Assembly (NCBI GenBank): GCA_964016885.1
Contig: OZ024758.1
Location: 7,316,001 to 7,380,000, forward strand
Origin: Eledone cirrhosa
Lineage: Eukaryota
DNA length: 64,000 bases
Direction: 5' to 3'
Shown here piece by piece: positions 39,881-55,700 of the stretch. The notes below the pieces were generated by a model. That model worked only from the letters and a program-made list of their open reading frames with translations, did no database searches and was not told the origin of the DNA. Each line of letters starts with the position of its first letter. The first letter of the stretch is position 1. The position numbers were made by a program, and so were the translations under genes.

Positions 39881-40062
39881 TAATTGTTTCTACTTTTGGC
39901 ACAAGGCCAGCAATTATCCAGTACATTACTGGTACTTTATTTTATCGACCCCGTAAGGATGAAAGGCAAAGTTAACCTCGGCGGGATTTGAACTCAGAAT
40001 GGCAAGGGCCGTAACTCTATGCGTCAAAGCATGGCGTCCAACCCTCTACCGATACTGCCAAT
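39881..40062 (-). mobile_element. Dominant SINE, near full length
   Basis: Reverse SINE body and head. Confidence 0.9.
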
Positions 40063-41019
40063 AATAATAAGCGTTGCTCAGATCAGTTTCACTATGATAT
40101 CAAATTTTTGAGCAGATCCTCTATTCGGGTAACTAGATAACTGTCGAGCACTGTAAAACAATCAATAATACTCTCGAGAGAAATCTTTCACAAACATTTT
40201 CCAACCGGAATTGCCAAGAGCGGCCAAAAACTACTCCGACTCTTTAATGTTTTTTTTAAATTTTTGAATCTATAAATGATTTATCTTTCGTGTTTATTTG
40301 CAAAGTTGGGTTGCAACAAATTTGCAGTTTTGATTGAAATTTAAAAATAAATTTGCATGTTCCCCAACCACCTCTAGTCAACATATTATAAATGGTTCTA
40401 ATCGATGATAAGTAATTCAATTTCGTTTTTGCAATTCCTTAAGCCCCTAAGCGGTATTCCAAGAATCACATCAGCACAAAATTGTAGAAAAACAGAAAGT
40501 TCTAGATTTTTATATAATCTATTTTTCGTAGATATTTTAGTAATTCAAATCCATTAACTCATGCTATTAGTTCGAAATTAGCCATGGAAACAGCACCTGT
40601 TTTTAGATATATTTTAGATATATTTCCAGGTTAAGTTAATTAGTTATTTTTGAACAATTGAAATTTTCTGATAAGCTTGAATCTTTGAGAATGTCGATTA
40701 CTATTATCATTAATTTTCGCCGTTATCATAGAAAGGAGGTATACAAATCTCAGAGGTCATGCTTATCGTTGGTACAGAGTTAGTTTTAGATTGTATAGTC
40801 GAATATACCTTCGACTGTTGTACAGAAGATGAGTGGCCACCCGACTGACAGACAATAGAGGAGAAACTTACTCTTTATACTTTCGACAAACAGCAGTCTT
40901 ACCTGGACGGGGTGGGAGCGTGATAGCGGATCTTTCAGCTGAGCTGCTTCAGAAAAAAAGTTTGTCTCTGAATCTTAGTATTTACTACGACCAATTGTCC
41001 AAATGTAGTACTTAACATC

Positions 41020-41330
41020 AGAAGGTCTCAAGAATAGCAGGAGCTGGTACAGTAATGTGCCAGCTGTAGCATTCGGTCATCAGAAAAAGGAAGGTGGGTG
41101 TAAAAGCCAAACTCGCCATCTTCAATCCAGTGTTCGTGTCAACTCTTACTTATGGTCATGAGTCTTGGGCAATGACCGAAAGAATACAATCGCGAATACA
41201 AACGGCCGAAATGGGGTTCCCCCGCTGGGGTTTCAGAGTAATGTTACACGATAGAGTGCATAAATCAGAGATCAGAGAGTCGCTCCAGGTTGAGTCGCTA
41301 CTTCGCCGAATCAACAGATCGTAGTTGCTC
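41020..41330 (+). mobile_element. RTE-clade (Expander/Rex3-like) LINE fragment
   Basis: ORF 41094-41324 reads KAKLAIFNPVFVSTLTYGHESWAMTERIQSRIQTAEMGF...DRVHKSEIRESLQVE, a classic RTE post-RT motif. Confidence 0.88.
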
Positions 41331-41458
41331 TTAATACTGAGAGATGGGGAGAGCGAAAGAGATGGAGGTGATGACAGTGGGAGTTCGGCTCTTCTGTGTT
41401 CGGACCTGGTGTGCAGCGTCAGCTGTCCATCTTAATGTGTTCTCTCACTCCCTCTGTC

Positions 41459-41820
41459 AAAAACTCTGATATAACACCTGCAACCCTGATGGTATCCAAT
41501 GATGTTGACTTGTTCTTCTTTTTGGTAAATATCCTCTTGGTTAAGAGAGTGGGACTGGCTTTGTGCAGTGCTTTTGCTCACTATAAAAGCTTCACGGCAC
41601 AGGCATTGCTTTATATCTGGAGATCTCTCTGCACTTGTCGTCACATGGTACCATGGGCCCAGCACTATGTGTCAATAATTGTCACAAGTGTAGTGTTTGT
41701 GCCAGAGTTTTCAAGTCGCTGGCTGGACTAAAAAGTCACACTCGTTCAGAGCATCGGTAGGAGTTCTCCTACATGGATATAAGGTAGTGGCCGTACTCGA
41801 AAACGAGTTGGCAGCCACCA
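41459..41820 (+). mobile_element. 5'-truncated copy of the RTE-derived 610-bp element
   Basis: Matches ~22165-22525 and is followed by a (TATG)n tail. Confidence 0.9.
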
Positions 41821-42173
41821 TGTATATATATGTATGTATGAATATACATATATAAATATATATATATAAATATGTATGTATGCATGTATGTATGAATGTA
41901 TGTATGTACGTATTTATGTACGTATTTATGTACGTATGTATTTATGTATGTACGTACATAAGTATGTATGTTTGTATGTATATATGGATATATGTATATA
42001 TGTATATATGTATGTATGCATGTATGTAGCAATGTATGTATGCCTGCATGTGTGTATGTACGTACGTATGAATGTATGTACGTACGTATGTATGTACATA
42101 CGTATGAATGTATGTATTAAACTATGTATATATATCAAGTAAGAATATTTTCGATACAGCGAGTGGGTTTGAA

Positions 42174-42301
42174 ATTATTAGAAATATAAGTTATCGCCGT
42201 ATTTTGACTAAAGAAATTAAAGAAATTATTTAGCCTGAAGGCTAAATAATTTCTTTAATTTCTTTAGTTAAAATACGGCGATAACTTACAATTCTAATAA
42301 T
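42174..42301. repeat. Near-perfect 128-bp fold-back
   Basis: attattagaa..taagttatcgccgtatttt.actaaagaaattaaagaaattatttagcct-ga-aggctaaataatttctttaatttctttagt.aaaatacggcgataactta..ttctaataat. Confidence 0.92.
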
Positions 42302-42460
42302 GTATATATATATATATCTACGTCTGTATGTATATATGTACTTACGTATCTACATACGTATGAATGTATGTATTAAACTATGTATATATATATATATATC
42401 TACGTCTGTATGTATATATATACTTACGTATCTACATACGTATGAATGTATGTATTAAAC

Positions 42461-42491
<31 letters not shown>

Positions 42492-42581
42492 CTACGTCTG
42501 TATGTATATATACACTTACGTATGTATGTATGTATGTATGTATGTATGTATGTATGTATGTATGTATGTATGTATGTATGT

Positions 42582-42688
42582 AGTCGCTGGCTGGACTAAA
42601 AAGTCACACTCGTTCAGCCCATCGGTAGGGGTTCTCCTACATGGATATAAAGTAGTGGCCGTACTCGAAAACGAGTTGGCAGCCACCA
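42582..42688 (+). mobile_element. 3'-end fragment of the RTE-derived element inserted in (TATG)n
   Basis: Matches ~22418-22525, with (TATG)n on both sides. Confidence 0.9.
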
Positions 42689-42710
42689 TGTATGTATGTA
42701 TGTATGTATG

Positions 42711-42744
<34 letters not shown>

Positions 42745-43064
42745 TGTATGTATGTATGTATGCATTTAACGGCTTCTGTATCCTCACAAGTTTCACTTCA
42801 CATATTGGTCAAGAGGCGACTACCCAAGAAGCCAGTTGTCTAATGCACCATGCGTAGGGACATAAATATCACTGGTTAAGATCTCTATGCAACTTACCAT
42901 TAATATCTGGCCACACGTAAGCAAATACTATCAGAAGCAAAATATGATTCCCGCTGGGAGGTATTGCATTTATTTCTCATCGGATCGTATTTGTTTACAT
43001 ATGGGAAGTTCGTGTGAATATATGTGTGTGTATATATGTTTGTCTCTGTCTATTCTATGAGTAT

Positions 43065-43156
<92 letters not shown>

Positions 43157-43384
43157 TTATATATATATAAGTACAAGCACGGAAATCTATCTATCTATCT
43201 ATTTATATATATATATTTACATATAAACATGCATTTTTCATATATATATATATATATGCATACATGTGTGTGTGTTATGTATAAATGTGTGTTTATGTAC
43301 CAACATCAACGCAATATATACATATAGTTTATAAGCTTCCGTGTGTAAGCGGAAGCATATAGCACACGAATGTATGTTTGTCGG

Positions 43385-45080
<1,696 letters not shown>

Positions 45081-45521
45081 TGGTTGAAACAAAAGACGGT
45101 GAGTAAGGTGTGGAGATGTGAATTTGTAGATCATTAGAAAAGATGATAGAGGAATGGTGGGGGAGAGGGTGGGGGAGGGGTGAGAGAAGGAGAGTGTGAG
45201 GATGGGGGGGGGGGGGATATGGAGAGAGAGTGTGTGTGTATGAGTGCGATAGAGAGAGAGAGAGAGAACGTGTGTGTCTGTGTGAGAGAGGGAGTGTGTG
45301 TGAGAGAGAGGGAGTGTGTGTCAGAGAGTATGGGAGAGAGAGAGAGAGTGGGTGAGAAAGAGAGGGAGACAGTGTGTCTGAAAGAGAGAGAGAGAGTGGG
45401 AGAGAATGTGTGAGAGAGTGAGTGTGAGAGAGAGAGAGAGAGAGAGAATGGGAGGGAAAGAGAATGTGTGAGAGAGTGAGAGAGAAAGTATGAGAGAGAG
45501 TGAGAGAGAGAGGGAGACAGA

Positions 45522-45579
<58 letters not shown>

Positions 45580-45679
45580 GGGAAAGAGAATGTGTGAGAG
45601 AGTGAGAGAGTGAGAGAGAAAGAGAGTGAGAGAGAAAGTGAGAGAGAGAGGAGACTGTGTGTGTGTGTGTGTGTGTGTA

Positions 45680-45710
<31 letters not shown>

Positions 45711-46136
45711 GTGTGTATGTGTGTGTGTGTGTGTGTGTGAGAGGGAGATGGGGGGGGGGGGAACAGGGAAGATGTTAGAGACCCTGATGTGTTAGCGGGT
45801 GGTAAGCAAGTTAAGAGGAATTGCAGAGAAGGACAGCTTGGCTGTATGGTAAGAGGATCAGAGTTACTAGGTGGTTAGGTCGGTAATTGCAAGCAAAGCT
45901 TACTAACATTCGTGAAGTGTAAGTTGTATGGGGTAGGATGAAGTACTGACAGTGTGTAACAGTGAGAAGAAATGTATATTATAGCCCATGTTAATGGCGG
46001 CCTTGCTACACTACACTTCACTTTTCAGCCTTTAAAGTAAGAAATATATATTTTTTAGACACTAGTTGAAAGGGTAGACTCACATGTATTATGCTTGAAT
46101 TTGAACATAACATAAGCGGTTACAGATGTCAACAAA

Positions 46137-46327
46137 TAATTGTTTCTACTCTTTGGCACAAGGCCAGCAATTAGCCAGTATATTATTGGTACTTTATTTT
46201 ATCGACCCTGTAAGGATGAAAGGCAAAGTTAACCTCGGCGGGATTTGAACTCAGAATGGCAAGGGCCGTAACTCTATGCTGAAAAGCATGGCGTCCGACC
46301 CTCTACCGATACTGCCAATCCTCCGCC
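46137..46327 (-). mobile_element. Dominant SINE, full length
   Basis: Reverse SINE body and head. Confidence 0.9.
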
Positions 46328-47319
46328 CAAATATGTACATATTAACAATATAGTCTGGTGTAAGTCTGTAGGCAGATATGTTGTGTGCTAACCCTATCAC
46401 CTCATCTCGTCCTCGCTCTTGAAAGTAAGGCATGTAACACCATTTGTTCTGATGGGGGTTGTAGGAATCCATGTCCTTCCATGCACCAGTCAAGGCCTCC
46501 TCTAAACGTCTCTTTGTGGGTAACTGAATGCCCTCTTCCTTTGTGAAGTAGATATAAGTTACTCTCCTTTTCTTCCACCTCTGTATATATATATATGCCG
46601 GGTAAGGAAGCATTTATTTTGGTCACATATTTGTGATAGGGTCTCCTTTTCTTACTTTTCCCTGATATTTAAAAATTCCTTGTTTCTGACAACACAAACA
46701 AAATAGGAGGTTTGGTTGTTGCTGTTGTTGTATACTACATTATAATTAAGGCTATGTTGTTTGTGTGTTAGAGCACGAGATATCCTGTGGACATTTCATT
46801 TCGTCCTGTTTATTTTTGAAGTATAATATCTGTGTCATCTTATTTTTTTAGGTTTTATTTCTCTGTATTTTGTGAAACTTTCGCTTGTGGCTAATGTCCT
46901 AGGCAAGATATTTGAAAAGCCCGGCAGCAAAAAGAAAATAAGTTTCGTGAATTAAAGGACATTTGTGTTCAAACGGCTAAAATTTCAGTACTAGAAATCC
47001 TACCTCGCTATGAATTTATTCCATGTGAAAAATTCGTTCAGCTAAGCATGTAATCCAATGAATTTTCTAAAATCGCAAACTACCAAAATCACGTCTTCCA
47101 CTTATAAATCCACATAATAATAATAATGATGATGATGATGATGATGATGATTATGGTGATGATGATGATGGTGATGATGATAGTTATGATGATGATGGAA
47201 ATAATTATGATGATGATGATGAAAATAATTATTATTATGATGGTATGATGATGATGATGGTGAAAATAGTTATGATGATGATGAAGATGTGATGATGGTG
47301 ATGATAATTATAATAATAA

Positions 47320-48640
47320 AATGAAAGAACTTGATAGAAGAAAGTACTCTCGAAGATTGAGAACGATCCTCAAATCCAGGATGAATGGTGGAAAGACTGT
47401 GCTGACAATAAACGCCAGAGCTGTTTCATTGATCAGGTATTGAGCAGGTATAGTAGAATGGTCAAACGTCGAGATGAAGGAAATTGATCGGAAAACAAGG
47501 AAACTGCTCACTATCCATCGAAGTATGCACACACAAGGTGATGCAGGCAGGATTTATTGGAAAAGAAAGGAGGAAAGTGGGGATTGCTGGGTGTACAGAA
47601 TGTTGTCAAAATAGAAGAAAGTGGTATGAACTTCTACATAGAAAAAATAAGAAAGAAAAGCTTATATTGGAGGTTGTCAAGAAAGGTATGTTTGAGAAAA
47701 ATGGAGACCCAGAAAACACGAAAACAGTGATTGCCGAGGAGCGAAAAAAATATTTGATGAAAAGCTCCTTAAGGAAACAAGAAACGTGTGTGATAGCAAA
47801 AATAATTGGTTGCGGTTATGGTAAGGCTACATTAAGAAAGAAACGGAAAGACTTATATTAGCAGCGCAAGATCAAACCGTAAGAATAAGGTGGCAAATGA
47901 ACAAAACATAGAGAAGAAAGATGTTCAATTTGAATGTAGAATTTGTGGGGAGAAAGCAGAGACAGTTGCCTACATCGTTTCAGAGTGTAAGCAGTTAGCC
48001 CAGAATGGTTATAAAAAAAGGCAGACATCATAATGTGGCTACCAGGTGTCACTGGAGCTTGTGTAAAAAGTCTGGATTTCCATGTGCAGTAAAAAAGCTA
48101 TGAACATGGTGTCACAAATTATATGAGAGTGTTAGAGAACGATAAGATAAAGCTATTATAGGACTTCCCAATTTAGACTTAGATAAAGATTGAATACAAC
48201 TGACCAGATATTGTTGGAATTGAGAAGAAGGAAAGAAACTGTTGTACTCTCACAGATGTAGCGTGTCACTTTGACACCAGAATTGAACGGAAAGAGGAGA
48301 TATTATACCGACTTAGAATATGAGATCTTGAAATGCTGGAGTAATGAAGTGAAGACACCATTGTAATCATCGTGGTCTGTGCTCGTGACATGGGGGACAA
48401 AGAACCTTGAAAACTATCAGACGAAAATAGACTTTGTACCAGAGATTGAACCGCTTCAGAAGTCATGTTTACTGGGAACAGCTCGAATTTTGAGGACGAT
48501 TCTGGACTACCAGCAGTAGTGAAATGACAAGGTATGACATGAAGAAGCAGGAGTTAATCCAGGTTACTAGTTGTAGCTCGGTATTCCCTAAAATAATCGG
48601 CCCAAAGTAGCATAAAAGCTGGTCATGATAAATAGTCAAA
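47320..48640 (+). mobile_element. Decayed 5'-truncated R4/Dong-clade non-LTR retrotransposon (RLE type)
   Basis: Translates to KYSRRLRTILKSRMNGGKTVLTINARAVSLIRY*AGIVEWSNVEMKEIDRKTRKLLTIH, zinc knuckle CRICGEKAETVAYIVSEC, RHHNVA, and endonuclease-like PDIV...DVAC. Flanked by (TAA)n. Confidence 0.85.
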
Positions 48641-48646
48641 TAATAA

Positions 48647-48825
48647 TAATTGTTTCTACTTTTGGCACCAGGCCAGCAATTATCCCAGTGTATTACTGGT
48701 ACTTTATTTTATCGACCCCGTAAGGATGAAAGACAAAGTTAACCTCGACGGGATTTGAACTCAGACCGTAAAGGGACGTAACTATGCTGGAAAGCATGGC
48801 GTCCGACCCTCTACCGATACTGCCA
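48647..48825 (-). mobile_element. Dominant SINE, near full length
   Basis: Reverse SINE body and head. Confidence 0.9.
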
Positions 48826-49759
48826 GTGGTAGCGAGGGTGATGAGGGCGGTGGGCGGTATATGATGTTGTAGACGATGTTAAAGGTATTAATGTTGCTCT
48901 TAATTGTGGTGGTGGGTCGTCGCCATATTGACGGCGATAACAGCAATGTCGGCCATTTATGATGATAATGTTAATATTATTTCTGGTATTGTCGTTGATG
49001 ATGGTGATGATGATGATGATGATGATGGTGATGATTATGATGATGATGGTGGTGGTGGTGGTGGTGGTGGTGGTGGTGGAAACAGTGCGAAGTAGTTGCA
49101 TCATGCTGTGGTGGTATAGGGTACACGGGGAGGGGGGGTCTGGAGGGGGAGTGAAAGAGAAGAAGGGGAGGAGGGGGAGGAGGAGAAGAAGAAGAAGAAG
49201 AAGAAGAAGATATATTCACTTTCTTTATTCTTATTCTACGAATCCCTCAGGAGTTTCGGGACCATGTGTGCGTGCATATCTGTCTATGTTTTAAGACGGT
49301 AGGGTGTGATTTGAAGCAGATTTCGCTGCTATTTCTAGCAAGTACAGGAACTAAGTAGAAGATCCCTCGCTCTACCGACATGTGATTATAGTTTTAGACT
49401 ATTCCTGCAGCCAATAACCGTTAGAAGTAAAACAGATCAATAACTTGTTACTGAGTAATAATTGTAATATGTTCCTTATTTCCATAAATTGATATATTAT
49501 CGACTTGTCCTTCTGATACAAGACCAGAGATTGGTAGACGATGGGGAAAGATTATTGGATCAACTTGCTTCGTGTATTTTCCTTTTATTGATCTGGAAAC
49601 AAAGAAATCTGCCTAGGCGTGATATGAAATCAGAACGTTCAGGGACGAAACTATGTACCTTACGGCAACCGTCCCCAACCACCGAGCAATAAACCATTTG
49701 GATCTGAGCCATAGAGGAGGAATAAAATCTTTATTTCTATTTTATTGACTATCTCTGTC

Positions 49760-52700
49760 TACCTTATGTTGAGTTGAGTCAGCATTATGTTGAGTTGAGT
49801 CAGCATTATGTTGAGTTGAGTCAGCATTATGTTGAGTTGAGTCAGCATTATGTTGAGTTGAGTCTACCTTATGTTGAGTTGAGTCAGCATTATGTTGAGT
49901 TGAGTCTGCCTTATGTTGAGTTGAGTCAGCATTATGTTGAATTGATTCTACCTTATGTTGAGTTGAGTCAGCATTATGTTCAGTTGAGTCTGCCTTATGT
50001 TGAGTTGAGTCAGCATTATGTTGAATTGATTCTACCTTATGTTGAGTTGAGTCAGCATTATGTTGAATTGATTCTACCTTATGTTGAGTTGAGTCAGCAT
50101 TATGTTGAGTTGAGTCTGCCTTATGTTGAGTTGAGTCAGCATTATGTTGAATTGATTCTACCTTATGTTGAGTTGAGTCAGCATTATGTTGAGTTGAGTC
50201 AGCATTATGTTGAATTGATTCTACCTTATGTTGAGTTGAGTCAGCATTATGTTGAATTGATTCTACCTTATGTTGAGTTGAGTCAGCATTATGTTGAATT
50301 GATTATACCTTATGTTGAGTTGAGTCAGCATTATGTTGAATTGATTCTACCTTATGTTCAGTTGAGTCTGCATTATGTTGAGTTGAGTCAGCATTATGTT
50401 GAGTTGAGTCAGCATTATGTTGAGTTGAGTCTGCCTTATGTTGAGTTGAGTCAGCATTATGTTGAATTGATTCTACCTTATGTTGAGTTGAGTCAGCATT
50501 ATGTTCAGTTGAGTCTGCCTTATGTTGAGTTGAGTCAGCATTATGTTGAATTGATTCTACCTTATGTTGAGTTGAGTCAGCATTATGTTGAATTGATTCT
50601 ACCTTATGTTGAGTTGAGTCAGCATTATGTTGAGTTGAGTCTGCCTTATGTTGAGTTGAGTCAGCATTATGTTGAATTGATTCTACCTTATGTTGAGTTG
50701 AGTCAGCATTATGTTGAGTTGAGTCAGCATTATGTTGAATTGATTCTACCTTATGTTGAGTTGAGTCAGCATTATGTTGAATTGATTCTACCTTATGTTG
50801 AGTTGAGTCAGCATTATGTTGAATTGATTCTACCTTATGTTGAGTTGAGTCAGCATTATGTTGAATTGATTCTACCTTATGTTCAGTTGAGTCTGCATTA
50901 TGTTGAGTTGAGTCAGCATTATGTTGAATTGATTCTACCTTATGTTGAGTTGAGTCTGCCTTATGTTGAGTTGAGTCAGCATTATGTTGAATTGATTCTA
51001 CCTTATCTTGAGTTGAGTCTGCCTTATGTTGAGTTGAGTCAGCATTATGTTGAATTGATTCTACCTTATGTTGAGTTGAGTCAGCATTATGTTGAGTTGA
51101 GTCTGCCTGATGTTAAGTTGAGTCAGCATTATGTTGAATTGATTCTACCTTATGTTGAGTTGAGTCAGCATTATGTTGAATTGATTCTACCTTATGTTGA
51201 GTTGAGTCAGCATTATGTTGAGTTGAGTCTGCCTTATGTTGAGTTGAGTCAGCATTATGTTGAATTGATTCTACCTTATGTTGAGTTGAGTCAGCATTAT
51301 GTTGAGTTGAGTCAGCATTATGTTGAATTGATTCTACCTTATGTTGAGTTGAGTCAGCATTATGTTGAATTGATTCTACCTTATGTTGAGTTGAGTCAGC
51401 ATTATGTTGAATTGATTCTACCTTATGTTGAGTTGAGTCAGCATTATGTTGAATTGATTCTACCTTATGTTGAGTTGAGTCAGCATTATGTTGAATTGAT
51501 TCTACCTTATGTTGAGTTGAGTCAGCATTATGTTGAATTGATTCTACCTTATGTTCAGTTGAGTCTGCCTTATGTTGAGTTGAGTCAGCATTATGTTGAA
51601 TTGATTCTACCTTATGTTGAGTTGAGTCTGCCTTATGTTGAGTTGAGTCAGCATTATGTTGAATTGATTCTACCTTATGTTGAGTTGAGTCTGCCTTATG
51701 TTGAGTTGAGTCAGCATTATGTTGAATTGATTCTACCTTATGTTGAGTTGAGTCAGCATTATGTTGAGTTGAGTCTGCCTTATGTTGAGTTGAGTCAGCA
51801 TTATGTTGAATTGATTCTACCTTATGTTGAGTTGAGTCTGCCTTATGTTGAGTTGAGTCAGCATTATGTTGAATTGATTCTACCTTATGTTGAGTTGAGT
51901 CTGCCTTATGTTGAGGTTGAGTTGAGTCAGCATTATGTTGAATTGATTCTACCTTATGTTGAGTTGAGTCAGCATTATGTTGAGTTGATTCTACCTTATG
52001 TTGAGTTGAGTCAGCATTATGTTGAGTTGAGTCTGCCTTATGTTGAGTTGAGTCAGCATTATGTTGAATTGATTCTACCTTATGTTGAGTTGAGTCTGCC
52101 TTATGTTGAGTTGAGTCAGCATTATGTTGAATTGATTCTACCTTATGTTGAGTTGAGTCTGCCTTATGTTGAGTTGAGTCAGCATTATGTTGAATTGATT
52201 CTACCTTATGTTGAGTTGAGTCAGCATTATGTTGAGTTGAGTCTGCCTTATGTTGAGTTGAGTCAGCATTACGTTGAATTGATTCTACCTTATGTTGAGT
52301 TGAGTCTGCCTTATGTTGAGTTGAGTCAGCATTATGTTGAATTGATTCTACCTTATGTTGAGTTGAGTCAGCATTATGTTGAGTTGAGTCAGCATTATGT
52401 TGAATTGATTCTACCTTATGTTGAGTTGAGTCAGCATTAAGTTGAGTTGATTCTACCTTATGTTGAGTTGAGTCAGCATTATGTTGAGTTGAGTCTGCCT
52501 TATGTTAAGTTGAGTCAGCATTATGTTGAATTGATTCTACCTTATGTTGAGTTGAGTCAGCATTATGTTGAATTGATTCTACCTTATGTTGAGTTGAGTC
52601 AGCATTATGTTGAGTTGAGTCTGCCTTATGTTGAGTTGAGTCAGCATTATGTTGAATTGATTCTACCTTATGTTGAGTTGAGTCAGCATTATGTTGAGTT

Positions 52701-55700
52701 CAGTCAGCATTATGTTGAATTGATTCTACCTTATGTTGAGTTGAGTCAGCATTATGTTGAATTGATTCTACCTTATGTTGAGTTGAGTCAGCATTATGTT
52801 GAATTGATTCTACCTTATGTTGAGTTGAGTCAGCATTATGTTGAATTGATTCTACCTTATGTTCAGTTGAGTCTGCCTTATGTTGAGTTGAGTCAGCATT
52901 ATGTTGAATTGATTCTACCTTATGTTGAGTTGAGTGTGCCTTTTGTTGAGTTGAGTCAGCATTATGTTGAATTGATTCTAATTTATGTTGAGTTGAGTCT
53001 GCCTTATGTTGAGTCGAGTCAGCATTATGTTGAATTGATTCTACCTTATGTTGAGTTGAGTCAGCATTATGTTGAGTTGAGTCTGCCTTATGTTGAGTTG
53101 AGTCAGCATTATGTTGAATTGATTCTACCTTATGTTGAGTTGAGTCTGCCTTATGTTGAGTTGAGTCAGCATTATGTTGAATTGATTCTACCTTATGTTG
53201 AGTTGAGTCTGCCTTATGTTGAGGTTGAGTTGAGTCAGCATTATGTTGAATTGATTCTACCTTATGTTGAGTTGAGTCAGCATTATGTTGAGTTGATTCT
53301 ACCTTATGTTGAGTTGAGTCAGCATTATGTTGAGTTGAGTCTGCCTTATGTTGAGTTGAGTCAGCATTATGTTGAATTGATTCTACCTTATGTTGAGTTG
53401 AGTCTGCCTTATGTTGAGTTGAGTCAGCATTATGTTGAATTGATTCTACCTTATGTTGAGTTGAGTCTGCCTTATGTTGAGTTGAGTCAGCATTATGTTG
53501 AATTGATTCTACCTTATGTTGAGTTGAGTCAGCATTATGTTGAGTTGAGTCTGCCTTATGTTGAGTTGAGTCAGCATTATGTTGAATTGATTCTACCTTA
53601 TGTTGAGTTGAGTCTGCCTTATGTTGAGTTGAGTCAGCATTATGTTGAATTGATTCTACCTTATGTTGAGTTGAGTCTGCCTTATATTGAGTTGAGTCAG
53701 CATTATGTTGAATTGATTCTACCTTATGTTGAGTTGAGTCAGCATTATGTTGAGTTGAGTCTGCCTTATGTTGAGTTGAGTCAGCATTATGTTGAATTGA
53801 TTCTACCTTATGTTGAGTTGAGTCAGCATTATGTCGAATTGATTCTACCTTATGTTGAGTTGAGTCAGCATTATGTTGAGTTGAGTCTGCCTTATGTTGA
53901 GTTGAGTCAGCATTATGTTGAATTGATTCTACCTTATGTTGAGTTGAGTCAGCATTATGTTGAGTTGAGTCTACCTTATGTTGAGTTGAGTCAGCATTAT
54001 GTTGAGTTGAGTCTGCCTTATGTTGAGTTGAGTCAGCATTATGTTGAATTGATTCTACCTTATGTTGAGTTGAGTCAGCATTATGTTGAGTTGATTCTAC
54101 CTTATGTTGAGTTGAGTCAGCATTATGTTGAGTTGAGTCTGCCTTATGTTGAGTTGAGTCAGCATTATGTTGAATTGATTCTACCTTATGTTGAGTTGAG
54201 TCTGCCTTATGTTGAGTTGAGTCAGCATTATGTTGAATTGATTCTACCTTATGTTGAGTTGAGTCTGCCTTATGTTGAGTTGAGTCAGCATTATGTTGAA
54301 TTGATTCTACCTTATGTTGAGTTGAGTCAGCATTATGTTGAGTTGAGTCTGCCTTATGTTGAGTTGAGTCAGCATTACGTTGAATTGATTCTACCTTATG
54401 TTGAGTTGAGTCTGCCTTATGTTGAGTTGAGTCAGCATTATGTTGAATTGATTCTACCTTATGTTGAGTTGAGTCAGCATTATGTTGAGTTGAGTCAGCA
54501 TTATGTTGAATTGATTCTACCTTATGTTGAGTTGAGTCAGCATTAAGTTGAGTTGATTCTACCTTATGTTGAGTTGAGTCAGCATTATGTTGAGTTGAGT
54601 CTGCCTTATGTTAAGTTGAGTCAGCATTATGTTGAATTGATTCTACCTTATGTTGAGTTGAGTCAGCATTATGTTGAATTGATTCTACCTTATGTTGAGT
54701 TGAGTCAGCATTATGTTGAGTTGAGTCTGCCTTATGTTGAGTTGAGTCAGCATTATGTTGAATTGATTCTACCTTATGTTGAGTTGAGTCAGCATTATGT
54801 TGAGTTCAGTCAGCATTATGTTGAATTGATTCTACCTTATGTTGAGTTGAGTCAGCATTATGTTGAATTGATTCTACCTTATGTTGAGTTGAGTCAGCAT
54901 TATGTTGAATTGATTCTACCTTATGTTGAGTTGAGTCAGCATTATGTTGAATTGATTCTACCTTATGTTCAGTTGAGTCTGCCTTATGTTGAGTTGAGTC
55001 AGCATTATGTTGAATTGATTCTACCTTATGTTGAGTTGAGTGTGCCTTTTGTTGAGTTGAGTCAGCATTATGTTGAATTGATTCTAATTTATGTTGAGTT
55101 GAGTCTGCCTTATGTTGAGTCGAGTCAGCATTATGTTGAATTGATTCTACCTTATGTTGAGTTGAGTCAGCATTATGTTGAGTTGAGTCTGCCTTATGTT
55201 GAGTTGAGTCAGCATTATGTTGAATTGATTCTACCTTATGTTGAGTTGAGTCTGCCTTATGTTGAGTTGAGTCAGCATTATGTTGAATTGATTCTACCTT
55301 ATGTTGAGTTGAGTCTGCCTTATGTTGAGGTTGAGTTGAGTCAGCATTATGTTGAATTGATTCTACCTTATGTTGAGTTGAGTCAGCATTATGTTGAGTT
55401 GATTCTACCTTATGTTGAGTTGAGTCAGCATTATGTTGAGTTGAGTCTGCCTTATGTTGAGTTGAGTCAGCATTATGTTGAATTGATTCTACCTTATGTT
55501 GAGTTGAGTCTGCCTTATGTTGAGTTGAGTCAGCATTATGTTGAATTGATTCTACCTTATGTTGAGTTGAGTCTGCCTTATGTTGAGTTGAGTCAGCATT
55601 ATGTTGAATTGATTCTACCTTATGTTGAGTTGAGTCAGCATTATGTTGAGTTGAGTCTGCCTTATGTTGAGTTGAGTCAGCATTATGTTGAATTGATTCT

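Noticed and set aside
40304-40350. Mariner TIR-like ttgggttgcaacaaatttgcagtttt
   Set aside because: Single degenerate end with no partner TIR found.
49774-54546. 888-aa and 699-aa ORFs called as CDS
   Set aside because: TTG starts inside a satellite with no unique domain; treated as repeat-derived and listed only as a testable finding.
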